Positions 37,513 to 52,071 of a stretch of DNA of 64,000 nucleotides are shown in pieces. The notes beneath the pieces are model-generated. The model did no database searches, had not been told where the DNA came from, and was given only the letters and a program-made list of their open reading frames with translations. The number at the start of each line of letters is the position of its first letter. Position 1 is the first letter of the stretch. The stretch is from NCBI RefSeq assembly GCF_025526975.1, contig NW_026515698.1:62001-126000 (forward strand), read 5' to 3'. Origin of the DNA: Fimicolochytrium jonesii (Eukaryota). Position numbers and translations under genes: made by a program.

Positions 37513-39472
37513 TTTTTTTTTGCTGTTCTGATGCCTTGTTAACGGTTTTGTGATATGTGATGTGGATGTTGAGATCCGATGCGATGTGGATGGAACTGGG
37601 TATGTGTTGTTTGCTGTCCCAAAAAGTGGTTCAAGTCGGAAAACGGAAGGGGCGCAAACCAGACCTTCCAGCTCTTATACGTTTCCCTCTCCACACACTT
37701 CTGGCAGACCAGGAGACCAGCGGTGGCTTGCCTTCCCCACCCCCCACCGCCATTGTCCTGTGATAGAGGAGCTTGTGGACGAAGGGATGGATATCCAGGA
37801 GATGCATTCTTGCGTCACCATGCATTGGAATCCACAGGGGACAACGATGTGGACTTCCATGCGATGCAGTCAGCGACAGTCGACCAGGGAAATGATGAGG
37901 TGATGCGACTTTTTCCCTCGGCTTCTCTTTCTGCTCCTCGTATCCCCCTGTCCGCCATCGCCAGCAGGATATCCCATATCCCACACAGCGGATGAAAGCA
38001 ACCCGATGTCACGAGGAGTTGTCAGTGCATAAAATGACGCCGGATTGACGCCCCTTTGACGCACGAGAAGGCACTCCGACGTCACTGAATGCAGATGAGG
38101 GCGCGACGCGTCAGAGACTCACGTGATCACATTAAGACATTTTAGTGCACGTTTTCTGGTAGAAGTCGGTGTGCCGAAGTTGCGCAGTCAATCCACTCCG
38201 CGGCAATAACCTCCAACGGCTCCAACTGCCGTGCCGGCTCGGGAACCGGACAAAAAAAGGCACTTTCGGACACGTTTGCACGAGGGCGAGTCATTGCCGG
38301 CAGTGCAGTCCCATGAGACCGTCCACTGGAATCCAGTAAGAGAGGGGGTCCTGGTCGAGAATTGGGAACGTCTGGAATTGATTTTCCTGCGTTCATGGAT
38401 GCGGAGTGTGACCTGTGTGCCGCGTGCTATATTAATTAATCGGCAGCATGGAAGTGGGAGACACTTCTCCGACTCAGTCACTCAGAGAGCGAGAGTGTCT
38501 GTGAATCAACGATGGGGGGCAAGAGAAAAGGGGGGAGTGGGCTTAGCATACGGATAAGGGGACGGATAAGTGCCCCTAATGACCATCCGGCCCATCCGGC
38601 CCAATGCCACCCCCCCCCCCGCGCGAGTCATATGCCGTCCGTTTACTACTGCTATTAGTGGATTCTCCACATGCTCAGAGCAGAGGGGACGGAGAGAGCG
38701 TTATTGCAACAAGGCCGAAAAAAACGCTGGGAAAAAAGAACACCCCCCAAAGGAAGGCAATTGTGGACGGGACCGACCTCGACAACGAGAATAGGGTTTC
38801 ACTCTCCTTGGAGGTCATTCAGGAGGCAAACGCAACGTAGGGATCTCCACTCGCAGACACACGGACGACAGGGGACAGGCTCCGTATAGGCCTTGGCGGC
38901 GTTTTTGACGGGTTTGCGTTCGATAACCACCACACCGCTCGCACGACGTCTTTTCGGACGTCGACTTCAGAGGAAGCAGGTCCATCTCGCTCTGAAAAGT
39001 CATTTCCTCCGAGATTCTCAACGTGTTGGCGTGATTTAGGCAGCTCTCGTCACATCGTGTCTTGGCAGGTTTTGGGCAGCAACCCGACCACGAAACGCAA
39101 AGGGAATCCGAACCTTTGGGCCACTTGTCTCGCCCTTCGTTTCTGGACCAACTGGGAGCTCTTTCCGGAACACTGCTTCCGGGCCGACAACAACGACATA
39201 GCCGCTGCTGATCAGACCCGTCGGTCGTACTCTAAGAGCGTTGGGGATCAGCTGTTGAGCTGATACATGGGCTGTCGAAATGGTGTCTTCTCCAGATATA
39301 GATAGTCCAAGGGATACTCGGGTTCAACATAGCACATATGGTGAGTGGCGACGTCTAATGTAGACTTGCATACTCGTCCGAACAAGGGACCGACTCGCCC
39401 TCGAATTGCACGAAACTGACTTCCGAGCGTTTTTTCCCACGCTTAGGCACAACGGAAGAGCGCATCCCCGGC

Positions 39473-42400
39473 ATGAACGGAGGAGGCGCAAACGTACCGA
39501 CAAAATACAATAAGCAGATCCCAAACCCCCTTCACCTGCCAAACGATATCCTTCAAACCGCCCTACCACCTCCCAACGGCCATGCCCACCACAAACTTCA
39601 ACCGATCCAGACCTTACCACACTCCCAGTCACAACAACCACCGCACATTGCCCTATCTCGCGAACCACCCGTTCATTCGGGCTACAGCTCCCAAACCGCT
39701 TCAACACAGTCCTCACCCATGGCTACTCCTGTCACGCCCACCATGCAACCGCCGTCCATGTTTTCTATTGGAACCTCATCAATACATACATCCTACAACC
39801 ACCACGCACAGAACCGTATGACTGGCGAATATACCCACCCGGCGCAACAGCAGCAGAGTACGCAGAACGAACAACAGCAGCAGCAGCACCATTCTCATCA
39901 TCATCAAGGTCACCACCTGCAACAGCCGTACGCTTACCACACTACTGGAGGGAGGAATGGAGACGTAGAGCAGCATTCCCACAATAAATCTTATAGTAAT
40001 GGAGTCAATGGCCATGGCGATATGCAGCGGGATCTTCCAAATTCGACAGCCACGACGCCTACGCAGAGCGCTAGGTCGACTATGAGCATCAACGATCTAT
40101 GTAACAATTCTAACGATGACGCTGGTGAGTGGAAGTCTGTGCGTCTATCGCTATGCGCGCGAACCTTGCTCATCGAAACTTTATTGCAACTGTGTAGCGA
40201 GGGACCAGGAGGTTGCGTACTACTACAACGCCGACCCTGACGTTCAAATGGCCGCAGAAGCTCTTGGTGGATTACGAAACGGTGGTATGTGGATGGGGAT
40301 TTGCGATTCTGCGCATATGTGGCTTTGTTGGGTGAACACGGGATATTGAAGCTTACTCAATGCATTATCATTAGATATGGGCAGAAGACCAATCCGACAA
40401 TCGAGCCAGGAGCATTTCATGCAGCGCGTTCAAAACATCCCGCTTGTGAATAAGTCTATCAACCAACTCAGCACTGCGTATGAAGCAACGAAGAATGCCA
40501 GTAGGGTCGTGAAGGTACGGATTCGGCAGTCGCTTGTCAATGGTGCATTTGGTGAAGGTCTGGGGACATGTAGTTGACACTTCATCTCTCTCGCTTATGT
40601 AGTACTCGGCAGAGTCTGTCGAAACGGGTGTCAAGACGATAACGAAGCCGGTCTTCAACAGGCTGGAACCTGCCCTTGCTCCGTTAGACAGATTCGCGTG
40701 TACTCAATTGGATAAGGTGCGTCAACTCCCGTCAATCATTTTGTTCTGACCCTCGTCGCTTACCTGTTTACATCCAATCTAGCTCGAAAAATCATTCCCA
40801 TCGATTATGGGCTCCAGCCCCCCACCTTCAGGATCTTACGACGCAGAACTCAACGGGCCTCCACGGATAGAATACAACCCCTCCCGCCCCCGCTCCCTCA
40901 GCACGTCGTCCATGTCCTCCGTCTCGTCCATGGACCTCCTCCAACCTCCCAACGTACCGCTCCTTGACGCGCGATCGCCACAACTTAACGGCAGCCACGC
41001 CCCGCCACCTTCCCCAGGTGGAACGATTCCTGGCCCGCCGCTGACCAACGCGCTGGCTCCACCGGCGTCGCCGGGTATCTACAGGCCTGAGGAGGGACCG
41101 ATTACGACGGCACCGCATATTGATCGTAAGCCGAGGAGCCGGTGGCATCAGGTTGTTGCGGGCGTGGGAGGGAGTTTGAGTGGGTTGATGTTGAGTGATG
41201 AGACGATGAGGGGGTTGAAGTATTGTTTGCAGTGGCTTCAGGTGCGTTTGGGTGCTGGAGTTTGGCTACGATCTTGTTTTTTGATGAAGCAGGCATTAAC
41301 GGTCTTTTCCGGTTTTGTAGTACGCTACGGATCACATTGATCGTCAGGTGCAAGTCTTGAGGGATTACCTTGCACGTGCTGGGGGATCCGTTGCTGCGTA
41401 CCTCACGGCTGGAAGGTAAGCACCCGAAAACGGGAGTCCATTGTTATTCGCATTCCTTTGAGCTGCGCGTCATCCGAAGCGATCACTCACGACCGTCTTC
41501 CATTTCCAGCTCGGCATCGCAGCCTACTCCGCCGCTCTCTCCCCAAGCGAACGACATGACAGTCGCGACGGCCGGTGGCAACAATCTTTTCACCGTGATG
41601 GCTGCCATTCGCCGGGAAGTTGTGGAGACCCTTCGTCGCGTGGTGGATGTGATTGGCCGATATGCTGCGTTGTACTTGCCTGGAGAGGCGCGACGTACTG
41701 TTCGTGGATTCATTTTGGCTCTGCCCGGTCGTTGGGTTAGTATGCGTAATGTTGAGAAATGAGTTGCACGGCGGTTGGAGCTCATATGATGTTCTCTCTT
41801 TGTCGCTTAGGCCACCTTGACGCACACCACACCCGGCTCGTCCACAGGCCTCGACGCCGACGCCGAAGCCCAGAAAGTCCTTACCCTCGCCACCGAATCC
41901 TCCACCATGCTGAAGGGCGTCCAAAGCATCTTTGCGGAAACAGTTGACGGCGCAGAACGGTTCGGCCGTAACGTCGGTCCCGCCTCGGACGTCAGCGACC
42001 CCTTTGCGAACGGCGGCGGTGGCAGCAGCTCGTCGGCGTCTTCCACCATCAACGGCGGGTCCTACAACGCTAGCGGAAGCTCCACACCTACCTTTGCGAA
42101 TGCGACAGTCAACGGAAACGGAGCAGCTGCGTCTGGGGGTACCGAGCACCCGCTCGTTTACCAGCCCGACCTGTCCTCGGCCACCGAAGCCAACACCGCC
42201 GTGGCCGTCGAACCCTCCACCAAACGCCGCAAGAAACGCAGCGGCGGCTCTTCGGGTGATCTGAAGAGCAAGGGCAAGGCGCGTACCAGTAACGGCATGA
42301 CCGTCGATCAAACACCCAGGCAACCGCATCTCCCCACCAACCCGGACGCGATGGACATCTCCTCCTCTGCGGATCACCACGCAGACGATGAAGCCGCGGC

Positions 42401-42548
42401 GATTTCACCGACGGCGGTGGTGGATCATATGGAGGTTGAGCACGCTACTGCCTCGTCGCATCAACGCCGACACTCGGAGAAGGCGTACTCGGAGAGCGCG
42501 GGTGCGTCTAGGCAAAACTCGCCGGATGGGATGGAGATTGATGATTAG
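39473..42548 (+). CDS. OPI1: Opi1-family transcriptional regulator, multi-exon
   Basis: DPDVQMAAEALGGLR; FMQRVQNIPLVN...AYEATKNASRVVKYSAESVE; LSDETMRGLKYCLQWL; IRREVVETLRRVVDVIGRYA...LPGEARRTVRGFILALPGRW; KVLTLATES. Confidence 0.85.
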
Positions 42549-43420
42549 GCCATGCATCCATTCGCACTACCGACCACGAGGGCGCAATCACAACACCACA
42601 CAATCAGCCGCAATCGTATCCATCTTACCACACCTTTTGCCTCGTCTTGGTTCCCTTTTCCCCCACTTTTTTCGGGCCCTTTCATTGTATGTATATTATC
42701 TCCGCCCATGATCCGCAACCGGGGATCCCGTCTCGTTTTCAAAACCCCTTTCTATGGTCACTGTGTTCCACCTTTGCCCCCGTCTTTCCGTGTGCCTCAT
42801 CTCGTTTTCCCTTTCTTTTGCTTTTCTGTGGAAACACACAGCGTCTGATGGTGGCAGTTGTAGCCTCCTCCCTTTTCCTTGTTATAATTTCTTTGCGTAT
42901 ATGCTTTTGTTTTGTTTATAAATGAGGCTGGTTCTCTTTTTCGAATTGTGGTATTGTGAGTTGAGTTGAATGCGCGATGTGTGATCTATCCCTGGGTATA
43001 CTGGGAGCTGTTAAGAAGCTGCACATCCAAAGAAACAGCCGTATTCTTTTGCAACTGATTCGAAAGGGCAAAAGGCTCGAGTTGATGAGAGTTTTTCACG
43101 GGTTCCCACCCAGGCTTCTTTCTTTGAACCAGACCCGATCAGAAGTACGGTACTTTCTGGATGCCCCGGAGACACCGTGGAGCAACGGGAGGGTTGGGTG
43201 CCATTGACAGGAAAGTGACGGGCGGTGGGGGGGACAAGAAGCCACTGCAGAACACGACGCGGGGCGACTTTGGGAATCAAGAGCGCCGCGTCACAAAAAC
43301 GACCTCCAGCGGCACTTCAACCGCTCATCGGGACATGCCCACATCCGCCTCGGTAACCCCCTCCCCCATCGGGCACAATCCGCACAGCACCACATACATC
43401 TCACTTCCGCCCGCCTAACC

Positions 43421-46400
43421 ATGGACCCACACAACGGCGACTCGCAGTGGGATCTGCACCCCGGGGAAGAAGACTCCTTCACAAACAGCAACGGCGAGGT
43501 TTATTCCAACAAGGCGAATAACGGCAACCACGGATACGACGATGTTGAGGCGTTGAGGAGGGAGAATGAGGCGTTGAAGGAGGAGGTGGGTGGTGAGGGG
43601 AGGTCTCTGTTTAGAGGGTTATCCATCAATTGATCATCTGACACATGGCACGCCATGTTTTTCACAGCTCAAACGCCTCCACCACAAATCACACACAGAC
43701 CTCACCCAACGCGACACCCACATCCAATCCCTCGAACACCGCCTCTCAGCCCTCCAATCCCGGCCCTCGACACAACCCTCCTCCCCGATCCCCGGCGCCA
43801 CATCCGACGCGGACCAGATCCAGCTCTTGCGCTCGAAACTGGGCAAGGCCGTGCAGCATTTGAAGCATTTGGCGGCGGAGAATACGACGTTGACGCAGAG
43901 GGTTGGCGAGGGGGAGCGGAGGGCTGAGGAGGCTGAGGGCAGGGTGAGAGAAGGGGAGGAGGAGGTTGGGAGGTTAAAGGAGAAGGTTGAGGAGTTGAAA
44001 CGGCAGGATGAGGCGGTTAGGCAGGCGATGGAGGCCAAGGATGCGAGGATTGTGGAGTTGACGGAGCAGGTTGTGGTGATGAAGGGGAAGTTGGTGGAGG
44101 TGGAGTCGACGGCGCAGGAGGCGGAGACTGACAAGGTTGCTCTGGCGGCAACTGTCCAGAGGCTGGAGGTTGAGATGCGGGGGCGGGCGGAGCAACTCGC
44201 GCGGATGGAGGATACGAATCGACAGATGGCTGAGACGATCAAAGGCGCTGATGCGGCACAGGACCGTATTGAGGAGCTAACGGTGGTCGTTGCGCAGTTG
44301 ACCGCTACGATCACCGAACTCCGCACCGAGAAGGAGGATGTGCAAGGTCGGCTTGCCGGCGAAGGGGTCAATGTCTCCGTTGCCCGCGGAGAGAATAAGA
44401 AGCTGAAGGACCGCGTGGCGCACCAGGATGAGGCCATCGAGGCGTCGACTTCTACCGTCAACGACGCGACTGGGAAACTCCAGACCGCGATGGAGGAGAT
44501 CGCCAACCTCTCGTCCGCCGTGCAATCCCTGTCAACGGAAAAGGATTCCCTACTCGCCGAGATCCAGACCTTGACATCCACCATCAACAGTAGCGCGTCA
44601 GCGTCCACGTCCGCGGCGCCCAGCGTGAGCACCAACGCACAAAACGAATGGTCTGCGGACGCCTCGTCAGCGGATGCGGATGGGTGGGATAACGATATCC
44701 CGGACTTTGAGTGGAAGCCCGTCGGTGAGCCTACAGCCGCGCAACCCACGACGACTCTTCCAATTGCAACCCACTCCACAGCCGACTCCATCCCCCCAAC
44801 CGCTGACTCCCTCGACAATCTAAACCGCACCATCACCATCCTCCGCACCGACCTCGCCGACCGTGAAGCGGAAATCACCCGTCTAACAACCAAAAACGAA
44901 ACACTGGAAGCACAAGTGGATAGACTGGAAGAAGCCGAAGAGGAACGCGGCGACGCGGAGGATACATTACGTGAGACTGTGGTGGCTTTACGTGTCGAGC
45001 TCGGGAAACGCGAGGCAGAAGTCGCTGGTCTACAAACCAAAATCGAGGCCCTTCAATCCAAGAGTTCCGACACGGAAACAACAGAGCTACAACAACGTTT
45101 GGAGGACCTGCAAACCGAAGTGGATCGTCTGCGAGCGATGGAAAAGCCCACCACCGCGTTGCATCACCAGATCGAATCGCTTACGAAGCGGCTGGCGGAG
45201 ACCGAGGGTGCTTCGCGGGACGCTATTACGGAATTAACGACCCGGCACGACTCGAAAATCACGGAACTCGAGAATATCATTTCCGAATTGCAACAACAGG
45301 GTGATTCGGGTGATGCGAGGGACAAAGAGCATGCGGAGACGGTAAAAGCGTATGAAGAGAAACTGAGAGCCTTGGAGACCTTAATCGCGGATAAAGAGAG
45401 GGATGCGGAGGAGATTAGGGCTGTTTTGGCGCGGACGAGGGAGAGTGTTGAGGCCCTTGAGGGCCAGGTTAGGGAGCTTCGAAAAGCTGCGGAGAACATT
45501 GGGGAGCGTGACACCGCCCGCGCGACTGCTGGTATCGCCGAGGAAGTGGTGGTGGATACGCTCACGGCCTGCTTATCGACATTTGAACGCGCGATCGACT
45601 TCTCGCAGGCTTTCACTGCGGAGAGACTCGATACTTCAGCTTTACCGGACGCTGTTGGTGAGAGGCTCACAGGTCTGCTTGACGTTGTCGTGGCGTTGAG
45701 GCAAGCCGTTGATGAGCGGGAGGCGAGGGTCGGGGAGGCCGAGAGGGAGGTTGGGGAGTTGAGGACGAGGATGGAGGAGGTTAGGGGAGGTAATTAAGCG
45801 GGGTGTAGTATCGCAGTTCTGACCGCTGAAGGAACCGCTAAAGTGTCGGCATTTGCTTTTGCAGATTACGAAGCAAAGCTATCCCAATCCTCGGAAGCCC
45901 TGGCATCCGCCCTCGCCTCCTCCTCCACGTCCCAACCAGTCGCCGCACCAACATCGAGCGAAGACCAGGACACGGTCGTTGCGGAACTGAGGGCCCAGTA
46001 CGACGCCGCACAGGAAAATGTGAAACGGCTGACGAACGAAAAGACGCTTTTGATGGATCGGTTAACGCAGATGAAGAATAGTATTGTGCCGAAGTTGCAG
46101 GCTGAGATGGTATGCGTGTGACCTGCGTACCTCGTGTCAACACGATCACAGATTCATCATAAGTATGATCGTATAATTGTAGGAAACCGCCCAATCCCTC
46201 CGCACCGAACTCCACCACACCCAATCCCTCAACACCCACCTCCAATCCTCCTACACCCAATCCCAACAAGACCTCCTCATCGCCCAAGAACAGCTCTCCC
46301 GTCTCCAAACCGACCTCGACCGCCTCCGCGCCCATTTAGTCGCCACTGAAGACGCGCAGCTTGCTGAAGCTACACACACCGAATCCATCATCACATCCCA

Positions 46401-47613
46401 TTTGACGCGGATCGCGACACTCGAAGGGCAGGTAGCGACAGCGGAAGAACGCGCAGCCCGCGACCGAGATGAGACCCGCATGGCATTGGAACGTGTCGAA
46501 GCGATGTTTGAAGCCCTCGAAGAGCTCAAAGGCGAACTACGCAAAGCCGAACTCGAAAAAGAACGCGAGGCGGAAGCCGCTGCGAACCTCATGCGCGTCT
46601 TGTCCGAGTTCCAGGACTCTAAGCAATCCGAAGTGGACGCTGCTGTTGCGGGTGTACAGAAACGATGTGATGAACTGGCACGCGAATGTGAGAATTACAA
46701 ACGCCGCGCAGAGGCCGCTGAGAGCGCCAACACCCTCCCTGTGGATGGCGGTGGCGACTCAACAGAAGGACAAATGACCCTCCCACAACTCCTTGCCCAA
46801 AAAACCGCCCAGATCGGCAAACTCCGCCACGACGTCGCCCTCCTGCAATCCCACCTCTCCGAATCCCTGCGCCGGTTACACGATATGACTTCGTCCGGTG
46901 AACTGCTCGATCGGGCGGTGGTGGCTTCGCTTGTGTGTTCGTTTTTGGAGTTGCCGAGGGGGGATCGGAAGCGGTTTGATGTTCTGAGTGTGCTTGCCGG
47001 GGTGTTGAGGTTGGGGGAGGAGGAGAGGGTGCGGTGTGGGTTGAGTAGGGGGGTGAGCAGTGGTGGGGGGTGGGGGATGTGGGGGAGGGCGCCGGCGCCT
47101 GTGGAACAGAGGAGGGAGGTTGGGGTTGGTGAGGTATGTGTTTTTGCTGTTTTGAGTTTGGGAAAAGAAATGGGGCGTCAAATTTCCAGGTGTAACTCTT
47201 TGTATTTCCGCTTTCTTCAACAGTCATTCACGGATATGTGGATCTCGTTCCTGCTCAAAGAATCCTCCAGCGGGACCCAACAACAATCGGCACCCACGAT
47301 GCCGACACTGTCACCCGGAACGTCCGCCTTTTCCCTTCCCGGTGGTTTTGCGCCCACCGCCACCGCAAATACGCATACGGAATCTGCACCACCACCACCA
47401 CAATCATCTTCCGCGCCGCTGGTGCAGCCACTACAAAAGCAGCCATCAACACCCCTCCAGCAACACACCCCCTCGGCATCCACACCTACACCCGCTGCAC
47501 CTTCTACGAACGAGAACACACAGCCCCAGATGCAGTCAGCGGACTCCGGCTCGGCAGCCGGAAGCCCGGCGTCGGATCGGAGGCAGAAGGGGTTGGTTGG
47601 GAAGGCTGATTGA
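43421..47613 (+). CDS. RUD3: Coiled-coil golgin with C-terminal GRAB domain (Rud3/GMAP-210-like), multi-exon
   Basis: Long coiled coil; AANLMRVLSEFQ; LDRAVVASLVCSFLELPRGDRKRFDVLSVLAGVL; SFTDMWISFLLKES. Confidence 0.8.
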
Positions 47614-48406
47614 TGTGATCATTGAATAGGTTTGCGGCCAAGTGATGGGATCTTTGTGGATGCGGTTGTATTTAGGATGGAGACTACGTTGTAATCTAAA
47701 GCCTCATATGACATTACCCAACGGCACTCACACACACTGTAGACTGAAATGGATGGTCTCTATTCCAAACGGGCGAACGGTAAAAACAAAAGTCCTTCCC
47801 GAAAACATTAGTCTCTCAATCCATGAACGATATCACGTCACTGGCATCTGAGGTATATAGCTCACGCCTATATCGTCAGCGTCGTCATCACAAATCACAA
47901 TGCGAACGGAATTGACGATCACAACCTCCAACGCAACATCAACCGTCTCGCCGACTAGCATAGTAGCCCGCATCCCAGTCTGCTGGTCAGCGAGACAGTA
48001 GGTGTGCTGATGGAATCCTGGAGCTGACTTCTCGGCCGCCGCCGCCCGCAGTCACTTGCTTCCCACTTTGCCGCACTTTGCCGGAGTAACTGGCACACCT
48101 GATCCTTCAGGTGGGTGATGGGGCGGCGGCCGTGGCTGGGTTATCGGCTGCTGGCGACCTGGCGGTGCGTGGAGATAAGCTCGAGATCACTACGATGGCG
48201 AGAACTCCATGGGCGAACGCGTTCACATTGTCACTTCCAGATACCCAGGGAGAACAGAACTACGACTGAACTGTAAGTGTAACGGAACCGCCTACGACTT
48301 CTCTATATTATGTACATGATGAATGCTACAACAAAAAATGCTACGAAACGAATAAATTACCCACTGGCCCTTCCCCCCTTTTCCCAAGCTTTTCACGCCA
48401 TATCTC

Positions 48407-50427
48407 CTACGTCTTGGCCCTCTTAGCAAACCGATCCAACCCACTCCTGGCTTTCTCCTCTCCGTCACCCCCACCAGCATCACTCGAACGCGCCCGTTTC
48501 CGCTCGTTTTCGGCAGCTTCCCGTTCCTTTTGTTGTTTTTCGAGTTGTTCACGGATTTCAATCTAAGCCATGTTGATGAAATGGTTTAGTGGAGAAACTG
48601 GAAGTGTGCGGCTTTTGAAAAGCTTACCCTCTTTTCGTCAACGACGTTGGTCTGTTTACGAAGGTATCGCCGCATTGCTGACGATTTGCCGCGCTTTTTG
48701 TGCTGGGGGACAAATTTCTGGCCGGGGTGGTTTGCCTGCGGGCGGAACGACAAACGAATAGTGGGTACATCATCCTAAGCACCGGCATCCCCAGATGCGC
48801 GGGATGGGAACATACCTCCCACTCAATCCTCGCCTCCTCCGCAATAACCTCCGCCGGCGCCCGATCCACAGACCCAACAAAGTCAGCCTTCAGCGTAATC
48901 ATCTCCGGCTGGATCTTATCCAACAGGGCATGCACCTCCGTCTCCCTCCGCTGGCTCTTTGTCTGGAAGGGGTTAGCTTCCATGGTGTCGAAGTTGGGCT
49001 CACCGGATCCGGGCACCACAATGGAGGAGATGCCGGAGGTGTGCCCAATACCGAGGACATCTTCGTAGGGGCAGAAACGGAGGGACTGGATGGTGGTGCT
49101 GGGGGAGAGGTGGGTCATGTAGGGTTCCTTTTGTTTTGTTAGAAAGGCGTTTTTCCAGATCTGTGCGGGTTTTGAGAGCGGGGTGATATTTTTTTATTGT
49201 GAGCATAAAGCAACGAACGAAATGAAAGACACAAATGCATTTCCGATCGTCACTTACGCTAACGTTGGGTCCGTAACCGACAGCCAACAGCCCCTGCTGC
49301 GATATCGACAGCGTTGAAGCCGGGCTCTTTGTGTAATACGACTGCAGCTCCTTATACGTCCTCAGATCCCACAACTTCATGCGACCATCCAGACCAGCTG
49401 TGGCCATGTAATGTCCCGCCCTATCAATCGCAATCGACTTTACCGGCCCGCGATGGCACAGCATCTTGACCAGCGGCGCCGTCACCGTCGGCGACCACAG
49501 CGTCACCGTCCCATTCGCATGTCCGAGATGCATAATCGCATTGTGCGGGTTCTGCGTCATCGTGTCGCACTTCCCCAGCCGCGTCTTCATCTCCGCCACC
49601 AACTTCCCCGTCGACGTGTCCTGGTACTTCAAGTATCCCGCATTCCCGACCGTCGCGAGCAAGAAATGGTACGGCAGGAACTCGAGCCTATTAACCTCGA
49701 TATGCGACCGCAGGCAGTGGATCTCCATCCCCGTGTTGTCGTATAGGTACGTGTACTTTTTCTGCGCAACCGCGAACATCGTCTCGTTGTGCAGCCACGC
49801 CACATCCCGCGTCGTCTCTTTCACCTGCAGCTCGCACCCCAGCTTCCCCGTCTTCCAGTCAAACGTCGCAATGTGCCCTTTCCGCCCTCCGATCAGCATG
49901 TTGCGCCCGTTGCGGGTATAGTCGAGGCTGTAGGGTCCGAAGTCGTCCAGTTTCAGGCTAAACATCTTTTGGGTGGTGCTGGCGTCGACGTTGTCTTTCA
50001 GCTGCTTTTGTGTAAACTTCCATGTCTTTTCGAGGCCTTCGGCTTCGAGGTATCCGGCTTCCTCCGGCAGCAGGAACTCGGCCTGTGCTGCTTTCCATGC
50101 TGCTGCTTTCGCGGCTTTCTCGGTCTTTGTCAATTTCGCTTTCAGTTTCTTGTCTTCGATATTCTGCAAGGAAGAATAGTCAGCCTCCGTGAAAAGCAAC
50201 CCTCCACTTGCTCTCATTCTCTATTTCACACAACTCACCCGAATAGGAAAACTACTATCCCCAGCCCGATCATACTTCTTCGACGCCGCAGCCTGCTTCT
50301 TTGCCTCGCTGGCCATTTTCGTTGCAAGTACCGCATCCTTGGCGTTGTTGTAAGGTTTGCCGGACTGGTTGGTCCCGCTGCCGGATAATGCGGCTGCTAA
50401 TACCTTCGCCGTTGCGGGAGTCGACAT
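48407..50427 (-). CDS. UTP7: SSU processome WD40 protein Utp7/WDR46, multi-exon
   Basis: FGPYSLDYTRNGRNMLIGGRKGHIA; RLEFLPYHFLL; BING4CT-type FCPYEDVLGIGH...PGSGEPNFDTMEANPFQTKSQRRETEVHALLDKIQPEMI. Confidence 0.95.
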
Positions 50428-51720
50428 TTTGTTGAATAAGTGGGCGGGAAGGTGAAAAGTGCTCCCGGAACGCTGTTGCCCTTGTTGCCGTTGGGATACG
50501 TAGATTCGCTCTGTCGTGGAGGGCTCGGCTATATCTTGCGTTCCAGCTGCCAGCAACTACGCCAATGACCCAAGTCTCTCAAACTCCCCAGAAGCGAAAA
50601 GTTCGAAAACAAAAAACGAATAACGAAGGAAGTCCAATTCAACTGCCCCAGTCACGTGGCTTCCGCTCAAGGTTATAATCCTCAACGGCATTTGACACTT
50701 CCAAGTCCAGAACCCTTCGAACATGGAAAAGGGAGCATATTACACAGCGTTGAACAGATTGAAGCTCTTCTTGAGGACATACATACGTGCATTCCATACG
50801 ATGTATAAGGCGCCCAAAACACGCGAAACCCTCTTGCGTTGTGCATGAACGAGGTGTATGTATATAACAATGGGGCAACACTCCTATAGCCTGTCTCTCA
50901 AAAAGCGACGGTGTGTTTCTCATGCCGTAATAGCTGCCAGCGATGCCCCCACTGCATCGAGCACACTTCGCACGGGGATTGATGAGACATCGAATTTTCG
51001 ACTAGGCCTTATATTAGTGATGAGTGAGATAAGCGGCATCGTTAGGGCCTTAGAAGTGACTTCATGCTTTTATTGGGTCCTTTCGGTTTCGTCCCCCTCA
51101 ACGGTCTCAACTCTTGGGGAATCAGAATCGTGCGAGAGCGACGCTTCGGGGTTAGGAAACTGGGACGTGCTGGCGGGCTGGGGCGCCGGAAAAGCTGGGG
51201 AGCAAGCTTTTCAAGGGTGGGAGTGCCGGAGATGATAGAGTTACTCCGGGTGGTAAGACGAGGCTTCACTACCGCCCTCCGGTGGCTCAAAACGATCGGA
51301 GAATGCTCGGCATTCAATCTCGGCATTCGCATCGCGACGGGATGCAAAATGGGCGAAGATTACAAAACCCATCCTCAACGACTTCCAGCATCTCCCAACT
51401 CAGCTTGCCGCCAGCATCTTCAATCTCATCAGTTCGCCATCGAGGAGACTCGCAATATGCGCGAAAAGACCACACAGAATTTAGCAAAACAAGAAGCCGA
51501 AGGCAACTCTCGCCGCGGGCATAATCGCAAGGCAACCCCGGAAGACGCAAACAGCATACAAAACAAAGACCAGACCAAGTGTGCACAGCAAAAGAAGACA
51601 AGAACAAAAGACACAAGACAAGGCGAGCGAGGGTTTTTTAAAAGTTATTTATTATCTCTGTTGGACATAAAATATACGTTTACAAATTTTAAAATGTTTT
51701 TATATTTTTGTTTTTTTGGT

Positions 51721-52071
51721 CATGGGCAGGCTCTGCGCTCCGTGGCCGCGCCCTATTCCCTCCTATCGCTACGGAACCGTAGCGTACGGAGGGAGCGCGA
51801 CCACGGAGCGGGCCATGCACCATGAATTGGGGGTTGCACTAGAAGGAGAAGAAGAAATGGAATTCAGCGTGCGAACGGGAGTGAAGCTCAACCCATCATA
51901 ACGAGTATATACATACCAGGGGTGCTGACGGGCCTCCCCACGTATGGGGAGACCCGTGTGATTGAATATGGGACCCCTCCCACGCGCCACCAAAAGGCCC
52001 CCAGGAGCGAGCTGCCCAGGGGTGCTGACGGGCTTGTGGCCGACGTACAACGGAGCTCCTCAGCACCCCTG
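51721..52071. other. Cluster of GC-rich hairpins with an 18-bp direct repeat, between AT-rich tracts
   Basis: Stems at 51736-51810, 51928-51957 and 52017-52071; CCAGGGGTGCTGACGGGC at 51916 and 52016. Confidence 0.75.

Noticed and set aside
43634..45040. 468-aa antisense ORF (likewise 56312-57664 and 41487-42380)
   Set aside because: Shadow frames of GC-rich real genes on the opposite strand.
51909..51925. U1 snRNA-like 5' end (ATACATACCAGG)
   Set aside because: Two mismatches in the splice-site pairing region, and no U1-70K loop or Sm site downstream.
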